A stretch of DNA of 64,000 nucleotides. Origin: Tubiluchus corallicola (taxonomy: Eukaryota; Animalia; Priapulida). The stretch spans positions 744,001 through 808,000 of the forward strand of contig JAQGDQ010000017.1 in the NCBI GenBank assembly GCA_030141605.1, read 5' to 3'. Both the position numbers and the translations under genes were made by a program. A model generated the notes under the pieces. The model was not told where the DNA came from. It saw only the letters and a program-made list of their open reading frames with translations, and made no database searches. Below, piece by piece: positions 1 to 29,290 of the stretch; position 1 is the first letter of the stretch; the number at the start of each line of letters is the position of its first letter.

Positions 1-109
1 TGCATACAAAGTCCCTTCTTTATATTTAAAATAAACCGAAACCTCCCGGTACTTCAAGTTATCTTCTCACACCCTGGTAATGTTTCATCTTAGTCAGTTC
101 CAAATGTTA

Positions 110-664
110 AGGAAAACCGGACGATTAATTAAACTTAATCTCATTTTAATTTACTGTCCAAAATATACATTTTCTTATCCGTAAAAGTTACCAATTGTTT
201 CTAATATTTGAATAATTACCATGGAAAGTTAATTAACGGCAACCAAATAGCTATCGCTGACGTCACAAAACTAACCACAGTCTGCGCAATGGTAAGCATC
301 TTCCCTTCACATCAAGCGCGTTTGCATTAGCGAAGACTGCTATAGGACGCTGATTTGATGTCACTAAAGTGAGTTATACATCACACTGACGTCATGGACG
401 AACACTGCAATTCATGATCATGCTTATCACGGTGCCATGCCTATTTGTTCACCACGCGAATGTGCCAAAAAGGTGCCATTCGTTGGCAGTCTTAGTGGAT
501 TCGTTGAGCGGAGCTTAGCTTTGAAAGTTTAACGAAATCTAACTATCCGAGGTAATTACTATTTAATCTGAGCTTTGATTTATAAAATGTTCTTGCAGTT
601 TTCAGTATTTTAGAGGATATTTTATTTTGAACTAATGTCTACTACACAATCGTCCAGTTTTCCT
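110..664. mobile_element. Kolobok-type MITE (family B)
   Basis: TIRs AGGAAAACCGGACGAT (110) and ATCGTCCAGTTTTCCT+TTAA (664-668); same family as 13229-13703 in opposite orientation. Confidence 0.7.
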
Positions 665-2291
665 TTAAAGTATATGTTTTTTCATTTTACAGTGCGAAAG
701 TGTGAATAAATTATTGTGAAATTTATTATTTCATTAAGACATCTCAGTACTGATTTTATTTACCAAATTTGATTGCTTTAAAATTAGGCATTCAAGCGTC
801 ATAATCAGGTGATGTCTATAATAGTGAATAGAAGCTCTTTTCTTGATGTATCTTTACAATCCTTTTAACGAACACTGAGCCTTTTCCATGTTTTGTGATA
901 GCTTAAAACAATGTCTGAATGAAAAAAAACTGTATTTTCTGCCTAGCTGATAATATCTTTTGTAATTCATGAACACTGTAATCAAGAATGTGATGTAAAG
1001 TGATGACTCAATTTTAAACCTATTTTTGTTAGTGATTAACACTAAACGAATGTAATGAAGGCGATTAACATTTCCAGTCATTTGTTCCTTTTTCACCTAT
1101 TTGGAAGGGTGAATTTCTGAATGTCCCCAACTGTTACATTATGCTGCTGTAGATCAATGTGTTGTTGGCTTATGTAAAATCAATCCAATTTTGTTGTTAT
1201 GGTTTATGACTGTGTAATAAGCATTACATAACATTCATTTGCAATGATGTTGCAGTTATGATCGATATTGGTTATTGTGTTGTGAATTTATTTAATGAAT
1301 TTGATTCAGAAACAAATGGATTTTTTTAATTTGCTGTTTTTTACGTACAATGTGAACGTTGTTTTTCTTAGTTTTAAGTATTGTGAGTAAACCCAAGAAC
1401 TTGTAGTGGGTTAGCTATTGAGCACAAAGTGTAGAATGTTTTGAACTAAAGAATGAAGATCTTTCAATTCTTAAAGAAATGATCACAGAATTTAAATAAT
1501 TTTAAATTCTAGACGACAATTACAGTGAAGGGGAACTGAATTTTTTTGAATAGCAATTTATCAGAGTAGCATTTGACCATGTGGTTTTGTGACGTGAAAC
1601 TAATGTGAAAAGCGGAAGAGTAAAAATCTTTTTGCTGTTTTTTTCTCATTAGTCTCCGCTCACGTGACCACATTTTTCTACTTCCATCATTACCTCTTAA
1701 GCTCTCGGTGAAAGCTGAAGTGACGTTGTTTCATCAACTTTGGCAAATTAACATGAACTGGAATTTCCAAGTTAGTGGGCCAGGTTCTACTAATACCGAT
1801 TGCCTGTGGCTCATTTAGTTCGCATCAGTTATAAACAGTTGAGTGCAAAACCGTAAACAGTCATGAATGTGTGACTGTGCCGGTGGCAGATTGGGGCTAA
1901 GCTATTATAAATCGATCGAGCAATAGATATGGCTTCAGAACCAGTGAACTGGAACTTCGAGCCGGCTTCAGCCATTGAGATGTGATATGTTAGGCCAACC
2001 AGGCCTGTACCGCTGTGCATGTACACCTAAGTGCTTCAACCAAGAACTTCTGTGTGACCGTCGGTAAACAAACCAGGAACTTGTGTGTCTTTTACTGAGC
2101 ATCGGTGTATAGTTCGAAAGCTGAAACCTTATGTACGTTAATCATAATATGTAAACGCATATTTTTATCAGCGAACCTGTAACGAGACCTATTAAAGATT
2201 TGTTGTTCGTTACATAACAAGCTTGGCAGCCGTGAGAAAAACATAAAAACAACTACCGCCCATTTTCCACTTTCTACCAGCACTAGTCAGC

Positions 2292-3230
2292 ATGAATGAC
2301 ACTTTTGAAGTAGTGAACAGCATCGTCGATGATGACAGTGACAGTGACGTTGCCAAGGTGGGCTTTCGCGGCTCCAAATACATGCTAATCATAATGATTT
2401 GTGGCATTGGTTTTAACGTTGCCGTTGTCGTGCTGCAATTACGTTTACTGATCTTCAAACAAATCGTCACGAACACTGGTCTAATACTACTCAACCTAGC
2501 TGTGGTGGATTTGATGCTTTGTTGCTTTGTAGTACCAATTGATCGAGAATATAACTTGAAAGATCTGTGGGGGTTTTCAATTTCCACATGCAAGCTCTAC
2601 AAACTATTCTCACTGGGAACTCATCCATTCGTAGTGCCTTCTACTATTGTACTGTTCACTGTAGACAGATTGTTTGTTGCCATGGAAACAAGGACACTTC
2701 CAAAGTGGCATTGTTTTTCTGTTATCGTTGCTTCTTGGGTAATAGGTTTCTCTGGTTTCTGTTTTCTAGCCTTGGGTCATGACGTAAATACAGGACATTG
2801 TTACTTTTCATGGTGGCAAACAAACAATGCGGCAGTGCAATTGTCACTTTTTAGCATTGCATATGCAATACCTGTTGTCTCGTTAATCATAATTTGGTTG
2901 TGCATTGTGTTGCAAAAACGCCAACATCAAGGATTACCCAGAATGCATGTAAACAGGGACACGTGCATAATAATTGATGTTACAGCATTGTTCATAACAA
3001 TGGGTTACATCGTCAAAGAATGCCCCTATCACGTTCTGCAGGTAATAAAGGTTCTTGAAGGACATCCACCTTTTAATAAATCGAAATTTTACTACCTCAC
3101 AGGGCTAGAAATGTTCTTTCTTTGCTTACACTACTCTAGCACTGTAGTGCGGCCAGTTATCGCATTAACATTTGGTTTCAGATGCTTATGGCCTAAAATC
3201 TTGGAGTCTGACAGATCTTCTCGCAGCTAA
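2292..3230 (+). CDS. Divergent intronless rhodopsin-like (class A) GPCR, 312 aa
   Basis: About 7 hydrophobic segments; TM1 GFN, TM2 LLNLAVVDL, TM3 Cys (TCKL) and VDRL (DRY variant), TM4 W, ECL2 Cys, TM5 YAIP, TM6 CPY, TM7 RP. Confidence 0.8.
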   Translation: MNDTFEVVNSIVDDDSDSDVAKVGFRGSKYMLIIMICGIGFNVAVVVLQLRLLIFKQIVTNTGLILLNLAVVDLMLCCFVVPIDREYNLKDLWGFSISTCKLYKLFSLGTHPFVVPSTIVLFTVDRLFVAMETRTLPKWHCFSVIVASWVIGFSGFCFLALGHDVNTGHCYFSWWQTNNAAVQLSLFSIAYAIPVVSLIIIWLCIVLQKRQHQGLPRMHVNRDTCIIIDVTALFITMGYIVKECPYHVLQVIKVLEGHPPFNKSKFYYLTGLEMFFLCLHYSSTVVRPVIALTFGFRCLWPKILESDRSSRS

Positions 3231-3589
3231 ATAGTTAAGCGAATTTAGCTACAGCCTTACGCTAGCATGATTAGTAGTCATTGTTGTTATTGTTATGATT
3301 AGACTCATTTATTTAATTGTTATTGATGATCATTATAGCCACAAATTTGGTCAAGAGCAGAAGATTATACCACATGCGAAAATCTTACTTATTGCAACAA
3401 GATTTTGTAGCTGTCGATCTACCCATAAAGGAGTGCTCCAACGAGGACGTATTCACATCTTAACTACGGTACCTGAGCACAGTTGTAAAATTTTTAGAAT
3501 GGTTTAAGATTGCTCGGATTTTAGTACTTTGTAAAGAAACCTTCATTTTTTTCATTTACACCTTTTTACATGTTACTCGTTGTTTCTGG

Positions 3590-4219
3590 AATTGTGGATG
3601 ACAGGACGATTTTTCATAAACTACCCCATTTTCAAATACGGTAAAAAGTATACATTTTAGCACCAATAATACTGTAAAAGCATTTCTGATACTTAAATAA
3701 TAGGTTAAAATCTTAATTAATGATAGGCGAGCCCAACCAGTGATGACATCACAAACTAACGTAATTTTCAACGTCAACATTCCATGAGCGTGTTGCACGT
3801 GTTTGTGAAAGAGATAATTGAATTACAGTGCTACTTCAAAATATTCAGTGTGTTGTAATAAAACTCAGATAATAAAACTTTAAGATAAAAATTCATATTT
3901 CAAATTTACCGCAGCATTCACACATGAGCTGTCGAACGTGAGTTTGTCACAAACTAACATATCTGAATTGAGAGGTACAGCACCTGTTTTTTGTGGAGCG
4001 TTTTCCGAAATCCAGGTGCTAGTGCTCATCTAATTAGCGAATGGCGAAATGCATGTAACAGCAAAAAACTAGTGGCGCGAACGTGAAATTCCGTTTGTGC
4101 GGTAATAATTGTTTCACGTAAGCCATTTTTGAAAAAAAAATTATATGTTTTCTTTCAATATTTTAAAGAATAGATTGTTTTGACCACAGCTTATGAATAG
4201 GTCAGCTTTTGCTGTTTAA
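3590..4219 (+). mobile_element. Kolobok-type MITE (family A), degenerate left end
   Basis: Collinear similarity along its length to 49731-50346; ends CTTTTGCTGTTTAA. Confidence 0.7.
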
Positions 4220-5350
4220 GTGTGGCCTGAGTGGCTAAATAGGCGTTAGTGCTAATGTTGTCTGTTAAACCAGCGACGTAAATAAATGTCTGTTGCCTTT
4301 CTTTGGACTTTAGTTAACAAGCTAAATTTAACAACTTTATTTTCTTGTAATAAATTTTTTCACAGTGCAAATATATGTATGTAAATCATGTAATCAAAAT
4401 GGCGACAGGTCAGTGGCAATGTATGGCTGATATTCTTAGAAAGGCCTAGAAAAGCTTTAAACCACTTTTTCACGCTGATGCCGTCTGTTAACTTCCTCAG
4501 TTTATTCAAACCAGCACTAAAATAATTATAGAAATTTGTCAAAGCATCCCATGGGAAAAGCTAAAAAAACTGCCTTCCGGTAAAGTGTCCATCAATTATT
4601 GTACACAATTACACAAGGTGAATAAGCCTCTTTTCAGTCAATTATCTGAATGATGCGCTTGAACGTGAACAGGGTATTAATTGGCTGCTCGGCTTTAGGT
4701 CGCATGGTAACTGAATTACGAGAATTGCTGTAAACCGAACTAGGTCACGATTTAAAGTAAATTACTCGGTTGCAATGACTGCTCTAGTACCAGATTCAAT
4801 CAATCATTGAACTGGTAATCATTGGTAATCTCACTCGAATGAGGTTGGGTATTTAGTCCTCTTCAATTAATGTGTATAGGCAGAAACCCACACTGTAATT
4901 TTCTAACACGATCCTGATGTATGATTAGACATTACCTTGTCTTAGACTATGATGTACTATGTTATTTATGAAGCTTATTTGTGCAAACACCAGCTAGATT
5001 CGTACTGTACTTGAAATGAATAGCTTTTTAAGCTAGTTTTAAAATAGGTCTAATTTCAAGGATCTTTTCCATCTTGTTACCTTCGTGGGAACCATGTCTG
5101 GTTTGGTCTTTATATTTCTAATAAATTTCTAAGACGACTTACAATAAATATAATAATAACGTACATAATAAAATAAATACAGTTTTCAATGTTTTCTTTT
5201 GATGTTCTCGATGATGGTAAAAATCATAGCTGAATTTCCAAGACTAGACACAAATCAAAACTATGACTGTGACAAATTAGGCATAATTAAACTTTAATAT
5301 AAAATAATCACATCTTACATCTAAGAAGGCTTTATAATTCTAGTAACACT

Positions 5351-20916
<15,566 letters not shown>

Positions 20917-21023
20917 TGATTCGTTGTGGTATTAATTAAAATATACTTGCAAAAATATATGGGATGATTTTTTGCTGTTGTCATGTATGCATGTTGACGA
21001 GCGTTTTTCTCTGATGACGTTGT

Positions 21024-21037
21024 GTTGCTAAGTCAAC
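21024..21037. promoter_or_regulatory. Candidate RFX X-box in the ODF3-like promoter
   Basis: GTTGCTAAGTCAAC about 110 bp upstream of the ATG, next to TGACGT (21015-21020). Confidence 0.5.
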
Positions 21038-21968
21038 TGTTGCTGCGCTTTTAAATTTAATTAAATATTGTGACAATTTGCATTTTTAATTCGGTTTAAT
21101 TTAAATGCAGCCACAATTTGCATTTAAATCAACTAATGATATTTATTCCAGACAGAGTGAAAATAGAGAGCAACTATGCTAACCATTATATCTCTCAGGC
21201 AGGTTGATTTTTCAAACAGAAATTTTCACTAAAAGCCGCTAATGGCCTTCAAATTTGGAATCATGGTCCACACTGTATCAAAACATAGTACGAGATCAAT
21301 CACATCATTTGATCATCGCCATTAGACAACGATACTATACATGCGCAGTATCATTATCCATATCATGATATTTCTTTCTGGTCGTTGTTTATTTTTATTT
21401 CTACATTTCTTCCCACTTTGTCTTTTGGACTTGTTTTTACATAATCTTGTCATAATTGGCGAATTTAATTTGAAAAATTATGAAAATATTATTCTAAGAA
21501 ACTATTAACAGAAAGCAAATATTTTCATAAATTTGTGACCTTTTGTTTTCTTATAATAATTAAATTAAACACTTTTTACGTTGTGATCTAATTTGTCCAG
21601 CTTCATTAATTATCGTGTTAATTATTAAAAATTTTGGGGACGATAGACAAAAACAATTCAGTTTTCTTCAGTATCTGGTATTTACAAAGAAAAATAATTC
21701 TTAATTATGTGCATAGCCATGACAGTTAAATAGCGCTAAACCTGGTTGATAAATAAATGGATGACCACCATGAAAATGGCTTTTGTTAGTTTCATTTGCT
21801 TTACTGCTTCCAGATATTTATCTCACTGGTAAAGGATGGAGGATTGTCTCATTTCAAACAGGAAGGTGCCCAAGTCTCAACTCATCTCGGAGAACTGTTA
21901 CCCTTGGCAGATAGTAAAGTTCAAGTCCTGCCACAAAGGTCAAAATTAGAAGCACGTTCTGTCGTTAA

Positions 21969-22517
21969 AGATTAGAACAAGTCACTCAGTATGTTGGGTT
22001 TATTTTACAGTTATCACTTAGACTTAGAAAAATATAACAAAGAAATTTGCAAAGAACTGCCTATAAAACATAAACTCAAAATACACTACGTCTGAATAGA
22101 AATTTTCAGGCAGGTTGTTGCTGTCATTCACTTGACAATCATGACGTAACTGGCGGACGTCACTTCGTGAATTTTCGTAAGCGCATCGTGGCTTGCGGTA
22201 AGCGTGCGCTACTAAAACTAATTCAAACTTCTGCAGTTTACTGTTCACGCAAAAATATTTCAACATTAGCTATCTATTTTGCAAAAACTTATTATACTTT
22301 TGATGAAGATTGAGAGTGCGCTACTTTTCTTCCAGAAAAATGACGACATTAGAAGAAGAATGGGCATTGAAAATGGGAGCGCCCAAGCATGAAGCGCTCG
22401 CGACTTTAAAGCGATTTTACTAGCTACACGAGGCACTTATTGTAGTTTTATTACTAAATCCTTCTAACGTTTGAACAGTGAAATAAGCTCAACCCCCCAG
22501 AAGACTTGGCCTTTCCT
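21969..22517. mobile_element. Kolobok-type MITE with degenerate TIRs
   Basis: TTAA|AGATTAGAACAAGTC..GTTGGGTTTATTTTACAGTT versus reverse complement of right end TTAA|AGGAAAGGCCAAGTC..GTTGAGCTTATTTCACTGTT. Confidence 0.5.
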
Positions 22518-23598
22518 TTAAATGCTAGGTGTCAATGTGCAATATGTCAGGTTGTATGATAAAAAAAACTATGAACCAAATTATGAGCAATGTTTACTAA
22601 TATTTCAATTGTGCTAGCTTGATTCACCGAGTTAAGTGTTGAACGGGAAGAAACCGTAATGTTAAACTACGTCCACACAAAATTTTCCACACAAAGTTTA
22701 TAAGTTTACCTGCTCGAAAGACGTCTGTAACTAGAAAAGAAGATTCTTAATAATTTAAAGTATTAAGACTTATGTAGCTAGAAAGGAAAATTCTTAGTAA
22801 TTTGAAGTGTTCAGATCACCTGACAAAATGTCACTGACTCACCTTTCCAGTGTGCACCACTGACACACCAAAAAAACATATTATTAATATTATTGACAAG
22901 ATAAAACTATTTACATTTTTGCTTAGTTAGTGAAGTGTGCGCTGATTATTTTTTCCGACTTTACGTACGCACTGTTATCTAAACTTGTTTCGAACGACCT
23001 ATCGTTAAAATGGCTGAGTTTAACGGTCTTTGCAGGAGATTAAATTTACAAGCTTTATACAGCGTTGCTATTAACATAAGCTCTGTGAAGAATAAGATTG
23101 TACGAAGGTGATGCTAAATTTCAAGACGATTTTTTAGATTTATGTAAGTAAAGCGCTTTCTTGTGCTTTAAGCGTCCAGTACAAAGTTACAATAATTATT
23201 TTATGAGCAGAAAAAGTCAACTTAAGAATAATCTAGCTACTGGAATTGTGTGGTAGAGAAACACACATGAAACTGCTTTCGTTTTTTATCTAAAATGCTA
23301 TCTGTTGTCAGAAATTTTTATACTGTATAGTGTATAATACTGTTCATCGATCATATTTCTTAAAATACTGTTCCAGGCAAATCACAAGTTTTTAGGTGTC
23401 TTGGGTGTTAGCCCCAGTCAATGACAAGCATTGACCCTGGCTTCAAAATCATTTATCTTATGCCAGCAGCTGCTTTGTTACATCATGTGCCAGAGACTGT
23501 AGAGTGGTCGCAGTGGGGCAGTGCAAATATCACAATCTCTAAAATTAATATTGAGCACTGCAACGCCATTTATCGATATTACTGAGTTTTTACGGAAC

Positions 23599-24714
23599 TT
23601 ATTCGGGGGTTGTTTCTAGAAGTCCCCTCAGACGTCGTTCTGGCGCACTAGTTCGACACAATAAATCCACTACGGCACCACGGAATATCCGACAGGTGGT
23701 AACGTAAATAACCGGGTTGACGGCGACGTACAAATACGTACACCAAGTGGAGAACGTCACATACCACTGCTGCATAGTTTGCTTAGTCTCAAACATGTAC
23801 CAGTAAGCCATGATTAGATACGGAAACCACAAAACCACAAAGGCAAAATGAATCGCGAAGCACAATCGCGTACACTTCTCGTTTTGTGCAATGTTGATCA
23901 AATCAAGATTTAGTGGCCCGGTGTGTCGATGGCCCACGCGGCCATGAACGGCCTGCAGCGGCATCCGGTTGGCCCCCGGTCGAATGTGACGCATGGCATG
24001 AGTCACAATCATGCCTGGCCCGAAGAAGGTCCAGTTGTCGCTGACGGCCGGTTGGTATAGTACTGGTCGCATGCGACGCCGACTCCTCATCAGGGCGAAA
24101 ATGCGAAGGAAGATGACACCAGTGACCATGATCATGATGGTGAAGATCAAAGTGAATCCCAGCGTGTCGTTCATTCGGTAATAGTTGTGCTGAAATGTAC
24201 ACTGGCCCTCTTGTGGTACATATCGGTACTTGCCCAATCCGAAGATGGGAGGAAAAGCCATCATGAAGGCCAAGCCCCAAGACAACAACATGATGGCCAA
24301 ACAGGTCAAACCGCGGATCTTGCGGATATGAAACCGGTTGTACACCACAGCCAGGTACCGGTCAATGGCTAAGATGAGAATGATGAAGACGCCATTGAAA
24401 GTGAACAGAACGTTGAGGAAAGCGACGATCTTGCAGACCTCTTCCATTCCATGCGTGAAGGTCACTAAACGCATCAGGGAGGCAAAGACGAAGGTGTGGC
24501 ACAGCAGCACTCGGAGACAGTCATTGATGCTCAAGTTGATCAGGTAGTAATATGGCGCCCGATGCAACTTCTTTTCCTTCACCACAGCAACAACGGCGAC
24601 CACGTGTGCACATAAAGAGATCAGGATGATGATTCCTATGGCAACAGCTTTCAGCGAGAAATTTGACTGCTCTGGGATTTGTGCGCTAACAAGTGGCGTG
24701 GAATCGTCAGCCAT
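23599..24714 (-). CDS. SREB: SREB-family orphan GPCR (GPR27/GPR85/GPR173-like), intronless CDS, 371 aa
   Basis: Family motifs LHRAPYY, RYLA..RF, TCLA..W.LA..MAFPP, EGQCTFQH...NDTLGF, PAVSDNWTFFGPG, LWFPY, NP in TM7. Confidence 0.92.
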   Translation of the reverse strand: MADDSTPLVSAQIPEQSNFSLKAVAIGIIILISLCAHVVAVVAVVKEKKLHRAPYYYLINLSINDCLRVLLCHTFVFASLMRLVTFTHGMEEVCKIVAFLNVLFTFNGVFIILILAIDRYLAVVYNRFHIRKIRGLTCLAIMLLSWGLAFMMAFPPIFGLGKYRYVPQEGQCTFQHNYYRMNDTLGFTLIFTIMIMVTGVIFLRIFALMRSRRRMRPVLYQPAVSDNWTFFGPGMIVTHAMRHIRPGANRMPLQAVHGRVGHRHTGPLNLDLINIAQNEKCTRLCFAIHFAFVVLWFPYLIMAYWYMFETKQTMQQWYVTFSTWCTYLYVAVNPVIYVTTCRIFRGAVVDLLCRTSAPERRLRGLLETTPE

Positions 24715-27700
24715 CTTTCAGGTTCGTGTCTACACGCACAGGAAATGTGCGTATCCTAACGATTTTTCGCGCTGCTGATGCTGCCTACACTCCTCAGATA
24801 AATGAGATGCACGTGTCGGGAAAAACGAGACGACTTCGGGGAATCGGCTTGCGCGTTTCTGCTGCCTGAAGACAAAGGACATAATTGTATTTGCTTACAC
24901 AACAAATGCACAAAAAATAACAACGTTTTCATAATTTATACGAAAAGTTATACGTTACGGGAAATTAGCCTTGGTTTTAACAGCATTGCAACTCCGCAAA
25001 CACCACGTGTTAGTCTTCCGATAGCTTATGATTAGGAATCAATTTTGGTTTAGATTTAACTTATACCGAGCTAAATTACCTCGCATATATATGCTACTAT
25101 TGTCAATGGGAATAACAGATCCCATCGCCCTAATTTACCTATGTACAATATACGTTTTTTTTGCAGATTATTGAAATATTAAAAATTGATAAACTAACTA
25201 AAACATTTATTCTTTTGTCTAGTTCTGGTATTTTTAGTTTTAAATGCAATCCTTTGTCGTAGTTACATTAATTTTAGGTTAACTAGAATATACTGCGGGC
25301 TATTACAATTTCGTTTTTATTTTTCATTTCGTTTTATGAAAACAAAAATTCAAAAGTAATTCAACAGCAACCAATAGACTTAATGACTACTCTGCCACAG
25401 TTGTTGTTATCATTACTGCTGTTACTGTTATTGCTTTACTGTTGTTGTTGTTGCCGCTGATGTAAGTGATGTTGCTGTTGTTCGTGTAATCAACAAACTT
25501 TGACACTCTTAGTTCATTTTAAGTGAAATTTGACTATGATCCCTGTGACAAAACACAATTTTGGGAGACAAATGATTAGCCAAGGGCATCAGTTCACGTC
25601 ACTCTTAACGATACGTGTTTTCTAATTAAATTTATCTGTTATGAAGAAAACAGCCCCAAAATTTCACGAATTATCAGCACATTGCACAAACCCTCGGGGA
25701 TTTGGTTGCTGTAACAGTTGCAGTTTTTCCACACTGATTTATTTATGTCATTTCTAACATGTGATTTGTTTAAAAGACACGTTTGCAAACAGTAAACACA
25801 TGAAGCTCATCTCCTACACAGTCGTCTAAACAATTTTGAACTCAGCGGGTTCATCGGGCAGTACGGGTTGCTTCACCTCAAACAGAAATAAAGACACTTG
25901 GAAAAGGTCAACGCAAGCACACTGGTACTAATGGTGATAATGTAATCCTCATCACTGTATTGCTTATTTATATTTATGTAAACTTATTTGCTTACCTGTC
26001 TACCTGTCTGTCTACTTGACTACCCCGTTTTGCCTTTTGTTGCGTCATTACTTGATAATTACAGCTTACTCACGTCACGAAAACTTAAGGCCGTTTTTAC
26101 TCCATTGCCCTTTAATTATTACATGTCTAAAATTTGATATAACTATATACGTATCTTGAGTGTGTTACAAACCCACAATTATTTAAATTTTCATAACATC
26201 CTCGAAAGGCAGGAAAGGTGAAAAAGCTAAGACACAGCTTGCATTTGAACAAGGGCCTCCTACATACAAGTTTATGCACCCCTTATACACACTAGGTTAT
26301 TAATAGGAATCTTGATATTAAGATCATAACAATTATATGTCTTGATTCTTAACTGGTCTGAGATTATAGGATAAACCTGTAGTATATGGCTTTCGTGAAA
26401 TTATGCACAAATGGATTGGTGTTTTAATATTACCATTGCAAAATTCTATAAATTTATTATAAAAAAAATGAGTAATACGTACCAATTATAATACCCGTGC
26501 GTCAAAACGTATCATATTATAACCCACAATAATTATGTCAATAATAACTTAACATGCTTTAACTATGCTTCAAGATGAAAATAGGATAAAAATCTTATTC
26601 CCATCAGATAATTTTTTATGCAAAATTAAAAATCACGTAAAAACTGCTGGATACGCGTGAAGAAATCTCTAATGTGTCGTAGCAATAGCAAGCACGTCAC
26701 AGAAAAGCCATAGATTTTAGCTTGAATCTTAGCAACTGTTTATATGCAGTTACAACGTAACATCTTGATGTGAAGGCTTCAGACTTCTATTGATCTTCAC
26801 ACGCTGTTATTGGCGGCTTCTACAGCAAGTTAAATCAGCTGTGCGGCGAGCATGCGCAGTAAATTGCACCGATCTGGTAAGATACATGTACGCAGATTGG
26901 GTAGACAGATATTTTTGATTAATGCTGATATTAAAATTGAAAGAAAACATTAATACAATGATTTTTCGTTTAGTGATTATTAACACTTCGTGTTTCAAAA
27001 AAACTGAATTACTCGAAACAGGTTGATTTTTCAGTTATTCTTGAACCAGAAAAAGTGCGACATCAATTTTTGCCGATTGAGCTTCAGAGCCTTGCTTGCG
27101 TTGTAATTATTTGCGACGCGAATTACGCACGTTAAAGATTGATAGAAATTTATGGCTTTATTTAATAGTCACTGGTATGAGTCAGTGATTAGAGGGGTCC
27201 CTCTAAGGCTCTTAGTATGACACTTTGCCAAGTAATGCGCTATGTTAAAACATATTGGCCCGTACAAATAAAATTTAGTATATGATTTTGTTGCGATTTT
27301 TCGCTTTTATCCATCTGGCAATTGTCTGTATTTAGCAGCGTACAAAAGAACCTACGTTTATCAGCGCCTTTGTTGATTAGTATAATTTACACAATTGAAA
27401 ATTCATGTGTCAGGGCGTCCTCGCAAAATTCCTGAGCATTTCAGCACGTATTAATTTACGTTTTTACAGAATGGTATCCTTGCTGTAACCTAATGTCACT
27501 GTCTATTATAAGTATTTACCTTTCACAGTCACTCATCAATGTTTAGCCCATGCAACCAGTTAATGGTGACCTCTTGTTTGTTGATGATGTTATTTATATG
27601 AGCTATTTTTGATAAATTCTTTAACAACAATGATAATACTACTTCCGAGGGATTGAAGGGAAGTATACTGATACTTTGCTATTTGATACTCACACTATTT

Positions 27701-28599
27701 ATCACGTTGCTACAGTAAAGTAAAGTAATAACTTTGCATTCTTTGTGCTGTCTGACCTGCGGGCTCTGGCTTTCAGTTTTCAAATACAATTTGGCATGCA
27801 CACTACAAGCCAGAATTTAGAATTTAACAGTAGTGCCAATTTAAATTGTATATAGTTGTGGCAAGATCACAATGTCATTCATTATCAATACTGTGCTTTT
27901 CTTTGTATGGACAATGATACAATTCCTCAGTGATACTTCGTTGTAAATTGAGTAAGTTTGTCTTACAATTTATAATAAATAGCCATTACATGTAGGAAGT
28001 TCAGAAAATTTATGTGACACAGGGACATGGTGTCTCGAAACAAAACACCATTTCCTTCCTGCAAGCCGGGAAAGGCCAATAAGCCGGAAGCAGGAATATA
28101 AACAAAGAAGTAGTAGGTTCTTTTCAAAGAAGCAGTGCGAAATTGGCCCGGATATAAAAGTTATCCAATTTTCATCCCCAGAATCATCATATTTAACGTT
28201 GTTGTTTTTTTAATGATAGAAGTTCTGCAAAGTAGAGCAATACTGTGCCAGTGTTCTAGTATGAGATGTTATGTTGTAGAGTTGTGGCATATTACTACCC
28301 ATTTTTGCATTTTAAAATAAACGGTCTAAAATTTTCAAGATCCAATACCTTTTTAATGTGTCAGGTCTTTCAGGCTAGACTATCTTTGTGTTTTTTATTT
28401 TTGAATGCTTCAATGTACCAGACTATAATAACACTTGTGCCGTATGTGAATAAAATGTAGAAGAGATAAATCTACACATATTTGAGATACGCTGCAATCA
28501 TGGTCTCTCATAGTTCTGTTGCATAACAGATGTCAACAACATAAAACTACCTTCGAAACACCGCCACCAACACCAACACCATAGCTGCCATCACTACTA

Positions 28600-28715
28600 T
28601 CACGATCACCACCACCCACCATCATCATCATCATCACCATCATCATCATCGTCGTCGTCGTCGTCATCATCATCATCATCATCATCATTATCTCTCTTTC
28701 TCTCTCTCCCTCCCT

Positions 28716-28787
<72 letters not shown>
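28600..28787. repeat. (CAT)n and (TC)n microsatellites
   Basis: Visible directly. Confidence 0.9.
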
Positions 28788-28789
28788 GC

Positions 28790-29290
28790 ACTAGAGATGC
28801 AGGGCGAATTAACAACGAAGAACTTTTTATAGTTAATTGGTCTGTTACAAAATCTGATCTGGATAAATTCAAGCAAGCTCTTTGGCACAGATAATTCAAT
28901 ACTTATACTTCGTTAGAAAACAGAAATGAATGTTTTGGCATAATCCCACAACTCAAGCCCTTTAATTTACCAATTTCATCTACAAATAGAGAGTTGGAAT
29001 CCATTGCTCTAAGCTTTGTTCATGGACAAGGATTTTTTAAACATTTTTTATTCCGACTAGGGCTCATACTTGACAATTCTTGTTTATGTGGTCTTCCCCA
29101 AACTTGTGAACATCTACTTTTCGACTGCCCTTTCGTAGACTCATAAAAGCGTATGTTTTTTAAGAATAACATTAACACCACTAACGTTGCTGTGTTAATT
29201 CAAAAGGAAAACGATAGCAACACTTTGAGGTCATTTGTTGAAGTAATTAATGATGACTTCATTAGACAGCAAATGTCGGGAGTATTATGA
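28790..29290 (+). mobile_element. LINE ORF2 C-terminal fragment
   Basis: FLFRLGLILDNSCLCGLPQTCEHLLFDCPF; same Cys/His motif as 8558-9282. Confidence 0.6.

Noticed and set aside
2210-2593. Antisense and overlapping ORFs on the GPCR, SREB and GT11 genes
   Set aside because: Shadow frames of real CDSs with no independent motifs
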